In this document: positions 56,889 to 64,000 of the stretch, one piece after another
Layout: the number at the start of each line of letters is the position of its first letter
How positions within the stretch are numbered: the first letter of the stretch is position 1
Assembly (NCBI GenBank): GCA_045597865.1
Contig: JAZLKX010000001.1
Location: 1-64,000, forward strand
Direction of reading: 5' to 3'
DNA length: 64,000 bases
From: Bacilli bacterium
Lineage (GTDB): Bacteria; Bacillota_I; Bacilli_A; RFN20; CAG-826
The notes under the pieces: model-generated
Database searches by the model: none
What the model was told of the DNA's origin: nothing
Seen by the model: only the letters and a program-made list of their open reading frames with translations
Made by a program: the position numbers and the translations under genes

Positions 56889-57976
56889 AAATTTTAGTAA
56901 CTGGATCTCAAGGATTCATGGGAAAACACCTTAGAAAAAGACTTGATATTGAAGGTATTGAGTATTTTTCTTTTGATGTTTCAAATACCGAAGAAGAATT
57001 AAAAACATATATTTTTGAATGTGATTTTGTTGTTCATTTAGCTGGAGTTATGAGGCCATTAAGCAATGAGGAATTTTATAATTCTAATTCTAATTTAACT
57101 AAGAAAATTTTGGATATTATCAAATCGACAGGAAAACCTATTCCATTTTTATTAGCAAGTTCGACTCAAGCTACACTGGATAACGATTATGGCAAAACAA
57201 AGAAAATGTGTGAAGATCTTGTTTTTGAATCCGGATTACCTGCATATGTTTATAGATTTACTAATGCATTTGGAAAATGGGGAAAACCAAATTACAACAG
57301 TGTTGCTTCAACATTCTTTTATAACATTGCTCATGATCTCGATATTTTCATAAGAGACCCTAACTTTGTTATACATTTTATTTATGTAGATGATATAGTA
57401 GATACAATTTTAGATTGTATAAAAGGCGCAAACAAACCATCTAGAGATATACTTTATGTTTCACCTGTTTATGATTGTACAATAGGTCACTTAGCTGAAT
57501 TAATTAAGTATTTTAAAAGTTGTATTGTAAGCGAAAAACATTTGCCAATAATTAAAGATGATTTTGAATTAAAGGTTTTTACAACATTTTGCGATTATTT
57601 TAGTGATGAAGGATATACTTTTAATTTTGCTAAAGACAGTCGTGGTTCTTTTGAAGAAATTTTTAAATCAAAAAAATATGGGCAAATTTCAATTAATAGG
57701 TCTTACCCTGGAATATTAAAAGGTGGTCATTACCATACTTTTAAAAATGAAATTTTTCAAACCGTTAAAGGAACATGTTTGACTCGTTTGAGAAAAATAG
57801 AAACCAATGTTATTGATAATTATGAAATGAATACACTTTCCCAAAACCAAGTGTATATTTACCCAAATTATACACACGATATTAGAAATATTGGAAAAGA
57901 GGAATCTGTGACTTTAATGTGGATTTCAGAAATTTATTCTGAAGATACTGCCGATACTTATAAGATGGATGTTTAA
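56885..57976 (+). CDS. fnlB: Second FnlB/Cap5F paralogue
   Basis: Colinear with 25988-27088: HLAGVMRP, YGKTK, FGKWGKPNYNS, DSRGSF, KGGHYH. Confidence 0.88.
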   Translation: MKILVTGSQGFMGKHLRKRLDIEGIEYFSFDVSNTEEELKTYIFECDFVVHLAGVMRPLSNEEFYNSNSNLTKKILDIIKSTGKPIPFLLASSTQATLDNDYGKTKKMCEDLVFESGLPAYVYRFTNAFGKWGKPNYNSVASTFFYNIAHDLDIFIRDPNFVIHFIYVDDIVDTILDCIKGANKPSRDILYVSPVYDCTIGHLAELIKYFKSCIVSEKHLPIIKDDFELKVFTTFCDYFSDEGYTFNFAKDSRGSFEEIFKSKKYGQISINRSYPGILKGGHYHTFKNEIFQTVKGTCLTRLRKIETNVIDNYEMNTLSQNQVYIYPNYTHDIRNIGKEESVTLMWISEIYSEDTADTYKMDV

Positions 57977-57979
57977 TTT

Positions 57980-59143
57980 ATGTCTGATGTTAAGCAATAT
58001 AAACTAGTTTATGTTGGTGGTGCGATTGATCATATTATTTTGCCAATAATTAAAGAATTCTATAAAAATTATGGTGGTGATTTTTTATTTATCTCAACTT
58101 ATGAAAAAGCTGGCCTTAGAACTGATATTGGCTATAGTTTTGCTCCATCAGATTATCCATTTGTCAAAACCGCATATACCTCTAAAAAAGATTTTCGAGA
58201 TTGCAAAAAACTAATTAAAAAAGCTAAGGTTGTCATATATCAAAGAGTAGAACACAAATCCATTATCAGAGGCAGATTATTCACACGAAAAATCACATTC
58301 AAATGTACCGAAAGGTTATATAAGAAGAAAACAACACCAAAAAATTTTTTAAGGAGAGTTTTAGGCACAATTTATCATTATCATTTGTTCAATAAACATA
58401 ATAAATATGTTTTGTGCATGGGTGGATACGCTGCAGCAGACCTTAAAAAAGCTCATCTTTTTAAAGGCAAAATGTTGACTTGGGGTTATTTTACTGATAC
58501 TACTAAAACTCCTTATGAACAGCTTTTAAAATTGAAAGAAAAAGATGATATAAACTCTTTCTGCTGGGTTGGACGTTTTGTCCCGGAAAAACAACCAATG
58601 ATGGTTTTAGAATTAGCTAAATTCTTAAAAAGCAAAAACATAAATTTTAAAATTAAAATGTGTGGTTATGGATCACTTATTGATGATTGTAATTCATATG
58701 TTTCAGACAACAATTTAACTGACTGTGTTGATATTTTAGGACCTCTTCCTTTAAAAGAAAAAGAGGAGCTAATGAATTCATCTAAATATTTTTTATTTAC
58801 ATCAAACAGAGAAGAGGGCTGGGGTGCAGTAGTGAATGAAGCTATGGGTTCTGCATGTGTTTGCTTTGCTCCTAAAGAAGCAGGATCTCCAAAAACATTA
58901 ATTGATGATTTAAATAATGGTTATTTATATTCTTCCGAAAATCAGGATGATTTAAATAATCTTGTAATTTCTGTTTTAAGTAAGAAAGATAATGAAAAAA
59001 TTCAAAAAAATGCATACGAAAGCATTTCCGGTTGTTGGAATACGAAAGTTGCCGTAAAAAGGCTTTGCAAGTTTATAGATAATCTTTTAGATTATAATAA
59101 AATTATTTTCGAAGATTATGGACCGTGCTCTGAAGCTAAATAA
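57980..59143 (+). CDS. Glycosyltransferase family 4
   Basis: WVGRFVPEK, FTSNREEGWGAVVNEAM. Confidence 0.88.
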   Translation: MSDVKQYKLVYVGGAIDHIILPIIKEFYKNYGGDFLFISTYEKAGLRTDIGYSFAPSDYPFVKTAYTSKKDFRDCKKLIKKAKVVIYQRVEHKSIIRGRLFTRKITFKCTERLYKKKTTPKNFLRRVLGTIYHYHLFNKHNKYVLCMGGYAAADLKKAHLFKGKMLTWGYFTDTTKTPYEQLLKLKEKDDINSFCWVGRFVPEKQPMMVLELAKFLKSKNINFKIKMCGYGSLIDDCNSYVSDNNLTDCVDILGPLPLKEKEELMNSSKYFLFTSNREEGWGAVVNEAMGSACVCFAPKEAGSPKTLIDDLNNGYLYSSENQDDLNNLVISVLSKKDNEKIQKNAYESISGCWNTKVAVKRLCKFIDNLLDYNKIIFEDYGPCSEAK

Positions 59144-59236
59144 ATTTTTATTATTAACTATTATATATGGGAATTTATATTTAGTGCTCTAATGTGCTAC
59201 CTATTTTTAATATTATGATATAATATATTAAACGTT

Positions 59237-60340
59237 ATGAAAAAGATATTGGTATGTTTTGGCACTAGACCGGAAGCTATAAAAATGTGTCCGCTAGTAA
59301 TTGCGTTAAGAAAAAAACAATGTTTTGATGTTAAAATTGTGGTTTCGGGACAACATAAAGAAATGCTGCAATCAGTTTTAAAAGTATTTCACATGGTACC
59401 TGATTACAATTTGGATATAATGAAAGAAAATCAAACTCTTTTTGATATTACAAATTCTACTTTAGAAAAATCCAAAGTGGTTTTTGAAAAAGAAAACCCC
59501 GATCTAGTATTGGTTCACGGTGATACTTCTACTTCCTTCGCTTTCTCATTAGCGGCTTTTTATCTTGGCATAAAGGTTGGGCACGTTGAAGCTGGATTAA
59601 GAACTTACGATATTCATTCCCCTTTTCCTGAGGAATTCAATAGATGCGCTATTTCGGTAGTTTCAGAATTAGATTTTGCTCCAACAGATTCAGCAAAATG
59701 TAATTTATTAAGAATGGGTAAAAATGAAAAATTTATTTTTGTAACAGGCAACACCGGTATTGATTCTTTACGATATACAATTGATGAAAATTATTTTGAT
59801 GAAAACATTAAATTTGCAAAAGATAATCCGACTATTTTAGTTACTTGTCATCGAAGAGAAAATATTGGTGCTAACATGGAGAATATCTTCTCTGCTCTTA
59901 AAAGAATAGCTTTGGAATTTAAAACAATTAACATTATTTACCCAGTACATAAAAATCCTAAAGTTAGAGAAATAGCACGCAAACATCTAGATAATGTGAA
60001 AAATATTAAACTTGTAGAACCATTAAACACTATAGAGTTTCACAATCTAATGAATTGTTGTAAATTTGTTGTAACTGATAGTGGAGGAATACAAGAAGAA
60101 GCGCCTTTTTTAGGGAAACCTGTTTTAGTTGTTAGGGATACAACTGAACGACCAGAAGCGGTTAAAGCTGGTACTTGTAAACTTTCTGGGGTAAATGAAG
60201 ATTCAATCTATAATGATATTAAAGAATTAATAACATCAAATAGTTTTTATAATAAAATGGCTAATTCTATAAATCCATATGGTGATGGTTTTGCCTCTGA
60301 GAAAATAGCTGATATTTTGGAGCAAATTTATGATTCCTAA
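59237..60340 (+). CDS. wecB: UDP-N-acetylglucosamine 2-epimerase (non-hydrolysing)
   Basis: FGTRPEAIKM, HGDTST, HVEAGLRT, HRREN, TDSGGIQEE, NPYGDG. Confidence 0.95.
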   Translation: MKKILVCFGTRPEAIKMCPLVIALRKKQCFDVKIVVSGQHKEMLQSVLKVFHMVPDYNLDIMKENQTLFDITNSTLEKSKVVFEKENPDLVLVHGDTSTSFAFSLAAFYLGIKVGHVEAGLRTYDIHSPFPEEFNRCAISVVSELDFAPTDSAKCNLLRMGKNEKFIFVTGNTGIDSLRYTIDENYFDENIKFAKDNPTILVTCHRRENIGANMENIFSALKRIALEFKTINIIYPVHKNPKVREIARKHLDNVKNIKLVEPLNTIEFHNLMNCCKFVVTDSGGIQEEAPFLGKPVLVVRDTTERPEAVKAGTCKLSGVNEDSIYNDIKELITSNSFYNKMANSINPYGDGFASEKIADILEQIYDS

Positions 60341-61043
60341 GATTATTCATTATATTTGGTTTGGTGATAAACCACTCGATAATGTTGCGAAGAAATGCTT
60401 AAAGAGTTGGAAAAAATATTGTCCAGATTATAAGTTAATTCTTTGGAACGAAAAAAATTTTGATGTAAACATGTTTCAATATACTAAAGAAGCATTTTTA
60501 ACAAAATCTTGGGCTTTTTTGAGTGATGTTGTTAGATTGTATGCTCTTGTGAATTACGGTGGAGTTTATATGGACACAGATGTTCAAATTACTAAACCTA
60601 TTGACGATTTTCTTGATAAAAGAGCCTTTTCTGGTTTTGAAGATCAAAAAAATATTCCGACAGGCATTATGGCATGCGAAAAAGGTTTTCCTCTTTTTGA
60701 AAAACTTTTAAATGATTACAAATCAAGATCTTTAATTAGAAAAGATGGCTCAATCGATAGAACCACAAACGTTCAAACTATTACAAAAACTCTTTTACAG
60801 TATGGTTTTGTACCAAATAATCAATATCAGGTTATTGAAGGGTTTGAATTATTTCCTAATGATTATTTTTGTCCTAAAGATCATAATACATTGAAAATAT
60901 GCAAAACACAAAATACCCATACAATACATCATTTTAATGCTTCGTGGTGTACGAAAAAAGAACGTTTTATTAGAAAAATAGGTCCAAAATGGACGAGAAT
61001 ATTAGTTTCTATTAAACATATTTTTAGGCGCAAACATGAATAA
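60330..61043 (+). CDS. DXD glycosyltransferase (GT32/Och1-like)
   Basis: MIPKIIHYIWFG, SDVVRLYAL..YGGVYMDTD, HHFNASW. Confidence 0.9.
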   Translation: MIPKIIHYIWFGDKPLDNVAKKCLKSWKKYCPDYKLILWNEKNFDVNMFQYTKEAFLTKSWAFLSDVVRLYALVNYGGVYMDTDVQITKPIDDFLDKRAFSGFEDQKNIPTGIMACEKGFPLFEKLLNDYKSRSLIRKDGSIDRTTNVQTITKTLLQYGFVPNNQYQVIEGFELFPNDYFCPKDHNTLKICKTQNTHTIHHFNASWCTKKERFIRKIGPKWTRILVSIKHIFRRKHE

Positions 61044-62085
61044 AAAAGTTTCTATTATTGTCCCTGTTTATAATTCTGCCAAGTATTTGTATCAATGTTT
61101 AAATTCTATAAAAAATCAAACATTTAGTGATTTTGAACTGATACTTATTGATGATGGTTCAAATGATGAGTCATACGATATTTGCAAGAATTTTTGTTTA
61201 AATGAAAAAAGAGCAATTTTATATCATAACGAAAACCACGGGGTAAGTTATTCAAGAAATTTTGGTATTTATCATTCCAATTGTGAATTTATTTGTTTTG
61301 TTGATTCTGATGATGTGGTCGACAAAGATTTTATTGGAAAAATGTATTCTAGGATAAAAGGAAAAGACATTGTTTTTTGCAGGTTTTCTATGTTTTCAGA
61401 GTTTAATCTTAAAACAAAATATTTTGAGAATAACTTGTCTAAACTTGTTCGTTCTCCTTCCTCGCTTCAGTATTTGCTGGTTGGGGACAAATATTCTAAC
61501 AAAAATAATTTAATTGAAACAAATAAAGTTTTTGGATCCTGTTGTAGGTCAATGTTTAGAAAAAATATTATTCAAAAACATAATATAAAATTTCCTGAGA
61601 ACGTTGTTCTTGGTGAAGACACTGTTTTTTTAATGAATTACTTGCTTTGTTGCAAAAATGCTTACTTGGTCGATGAATATTTATATTTTTATAGAATAAG
61701 TTGCAATTCTGCAGTAAAGAAATATGCAACAAATTATGTTTCAAACTTTTACGAAACTAGAGTTGAGACGTTGAGAGCAGAAATTGATTCACTTTCTAAA
61801 ATTCAAAACAAAAATTACGCTTGCCTTTTAGAAAATTATGTGAAAATGGATTTTAACTTTAATTTTGTAATAAATGAGATTAAATTAAATCCTTTAACTT
61901 CATATAACAAATTGCTCAAAATAAGCAAAAGCGAATATAAAACATATTTAAATTTTAAAATTAAGTTAATTTCTAAATTGAGTAAAATAACATTTAAAAG
62001 AAAAATTTTATTAATTTTAATTAAATATAGAAATTATAGACTAATTAGTTTTTTCTTAAGGAGGAATAAAAAGTGGATGATCTAA
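61036..62085 (+). CDS. Glycosyltransferase family 2
   Basis: SIIVPVYN, IDDGS, FVDSDD, GED. Confidence 0.92.
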   Translation: MNKKVSIIVPVYNSAKYLYQCLNSIKNQTFSDFELILIDDGSNDESYDICKNFCLNEKRAILYHNENHGVSYSRNFGIYHSNCEFICFVDSDDVVDKDFIGKMYSRIKGKDIVFCRFSMFSEFNLKTKYFENNLSKLVRSPSSLQYLLVGDKYSNKNNLIETNKVFGSCCRSMFRKNIIQKHNIKFPENVVLGEDTVFLMNYLLCCKNAYLVDEYLYFYRISCNSAVKKYATNYVSNFYETRVETLRAEIDSLSKIQNKNYACLLENYVKMDFNFNFVINEIKLNPLTSYNKLLKISKSEYKTYLNFKIKLISKLSKITFKRKILLILIKYRNYRLISFFLRRNKKWMI

Positions 62086-64000
62086 TTACAATTGTTATTC
62101 CTGTTTACAATGTTGAAAAATACTTAAATAGATGTATATCTTCGGTTATTAAACAAACTTACAATAACCTAGAAATTATACTTTCTGATGATGGTTCGAA
62201 AGATTCAAGCGGTTCTATTTGTGATGAATTTGCAAAAAAAGATAAAAGGATCAAAGTTTTGCATTTTGAAAATAAAGGTTTATCAGAAGCAAGAAATAGG
62301 GGAATTAGAATAGCAAAAGGAAAATATATTTGTTTTGTTGATTCAGATGACTGGGTTGATGAAAATTATGTTTTAAAAATGTATTATGCCTTAAGAAAAA
62401 CAAATTCTGATATTGCGGAATGTAGATTCAAGAGATGTTCAAATGAAAATGAGGTTGGAAATAAAAATGGTAATATTTTAGAATTTGACAATATCTCTGC
62501 TCTTTCATTGCTGAGCAATGTTGATTATGATAAACACATAGTTGCTTGGAATAAATTATATAAAACAGAACTTTTTAATGACGTTTCATTTCCTTTGGGA
62601 AAGTTGCATGAAGATGAATTTACCATTCATAAACTAATTTCTAAAGTTAATAAATTTTGCATAGTAAATGATGAACTTTACTTTTATTTTCAAAATCAAT
62701 CAAGCATAATGACTTCAAAAATTAGTCTAAAAAGATTAGATTCGATTGATGCTTTTTTGGAGAGGATTGAATTTTTCAAAAGCAAAAATCTTAGCAATTT
62801 AGCGAACAAAACATCATACCTCTTATTTAGATTGTTTTGTGATTTTGCAAGTTTTGAACGAGAGAAATTTGCTGATTTCGACAAATTCTTTTTCGAATTA
62901 AATAAAAAATACATTGATTGTAAAAGCGTCATTGATACACAACAGTTAAACAAGGTTGAAAAAAGATACTTAAAAAAGGCAAGCAAAAACGTACTTAATT
63001 TGAAAAAATGCAAGATTTCGGTTTATTATTCACAAAGAATTAAATCTAAAATAAGATCTATCAAATCAAAATTTTCGATTGCTAAAAAACCATCTTTTAT
63101 CGATGAAATAAAAAATTCTAGGAAAACAAATTCAAAAATTGGTTTTATATTATCTGCTGTTGAATACTTAAATTATGGTGATTTAGCAATTGGCGAGGCC
63201 ATGAAACAATATACTTCTAATTATTTTAAAGTCATTGAAATCTCTCAGAATGATACAGTTAAATATTTTGATGAACTGAAGAAAATGATTAAGTTTGATG
63301 ATGTTATATTTCTTCCTGGCGGAGGAAACATGGGAGATGTTTGGAAACATGATGAAAATATCAGAAGAAATATTATTAAAAGTTTCCCAAATAACAAAAT
63401 CGTAATTTTCCCACAATCAATTAATTATTGTGATTTAGAAAGCGAATATTTTTTGGAGTCAGTTAAAATATATAATAACAATCCGTTGTTAACACTTTGT
63501 GTTAGAGATGTCGAATCTTTAAATAAAGCAAGAAGTTATTACAATAATTTGAATTGTGTGTTGATTCCTGATTCAGTATTTTTATTAAATGACGTTGTTG
63601 ATTCAGAAAGTACTAGCAAAGTTGCTTTATGCTTTAGAGACGATAAAGAGCAGTCAGTAAGTTCGATTAGAAAAGAATTAGAAATTATTGATGTTATTGA
63701 AGATTTAAAAATGCCGATTAAGCTTATTTCTACAGTATCTAACGGAAATACTTCTTTATTAAAAAGAAAAGATGATGTAATGGCAAAAATAAAAGAAGTA
63801 GCATCATATAAGATTGTAATTACCGACAGGCTCCATTGCATAATTTTCTGTGTGCTAACCGAAACGCCTTGCATTGCTCTCAATAATGCTAACAACAAAA
63901 TAAAAATGTTTATTGAAACTTGGTTGCCAAATGCAAAATTTGTTTTGTATTTGGATAAAAATGATAAAATAGATGCTAGTATTTTTAATCAATTCAATGA
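62073..64000 (+). CDS. GT2 fused to polysaccharide pyruvyl transferase-like domain; runs off window end (not in ORF track)
   Basis: AGGAGG then GTG: DDLITIVIPVYNVEKYL, DDGS, FVDSDD, HED; same frame later NYGDLAI, PGGGNMGD, FPQS, VRD, TDRLH. Confidence 0.85.
   Translation, partial: MDDLITIVIPVYNVEKYLNRCISSVIKQTYNNLEIILSDDGSKDSSGSICDEFAKKDKRIKVLHFENKGLSEARNRGIRIAKGKYICFVDSDDWVDENYVLKMYYALRKTNSDIAECRFKRCSNENEVGNKNGNILEFDNISALSLLSNVDYDKHIVAWNKLYKTELFNDVSFPLGKLHEDEFTIHKLISKVNKFCIVNDELYFYFQNQSSIMTSKISLKRLDSIDAFLERIEFFKSKNLSNLANKTSYLLFRLFCDFASFEREKFADFDKFFFELNKKYIDCKSVIDTQQLNKVEKRYLKKASKNVLNLKKCKISVYYSQRIKSKIRSIKSKFSIAKKPSFIDEIKNSRKTNSKIGFILSAVEYLNYGDLAIGEAMKQYTSNYFKVIEISQNDTVKYFDELKKMIKFDDVIFLPGGGNMGDVWKHDENIRRNIIKSFPNNKIVIFPQSINYCDLESEYFLESVKIYNNNPLLTLCVRDVESLNKARSYYNNLNCVLIPDSVFLLNDVVDSESTSKVALCFRDDKEQSVSSIRKELEIIDVIEDLKMPIKLISTVSNGNTSLLKRKDDVMAKIKEVASYKIVITDRLHCIIFCVLTETPCIALNNANNKIKMFIETWLPNAKFVLYLDKNDKIDASIFNQFN

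Noticed and set aside
912-63898. Short antisense and alternate-frame ORFs in the track
   Set aside because: They overlap well-supported genes, lack RBSs and motifs, and reflect codon bias.
1-64000. Mycoplasma-type genetic code (TGA=Trp)
   Set aside because: Conserved Trp residues use TGG, TGA ends several genes, and long ORFs are intact under code 11.

Overview
Low-GC bacterial window using the standard code (Trp=TGG, TGA used as stop); gene content suggests an anaerobic Bacillota/Bacilli-like organism (inference). 1-24.6 kb is mostly housekeeping: ABC permease end, tRNA-Leu(GAG), mgtE, pduL, PHP phosphatase, SAM-riboswitch-controlled metK, hpf, an aconitase-X/enoate-reductase operon, lipoproteins, pckA, aminotransferase, CotH kinase, a PIN/RelB TA pair, LysR-superoxide reductase-D-LDH. 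24.7-64 kb is a surface-polysaccharide region (fnlABC, Wzy-like protein, ABC flippase, LicD, GT2/GT4/GT8/GT32, pyruvyl transferases, wecB). It is interrupted by a membrane-anchored McrBC-like pair, a 10-kb repeat-stitched cluster of defence-like genes (34-44 kb) and an intact IS4-family element. The most notable signal is that three unrelated nucleotide-sugar enzymes (Ugd, FnlA, FnlC) each carry a related N-terminal XRE helix-turn-helix with the motif LRTYxxYE, and each promoter contains a related palindrome. This suggests an enzyme-regulator fusion system controlling polysaccharide precursor synthesis. Other highlights: three copies of the fnlC 3' end plus a hairpin family punctuating the defence cluster, a kink-turn-less SAM-I variant, and a tRNA with a mismatched acceptor stem. 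All calls are by eye from motifs; no searches were run.
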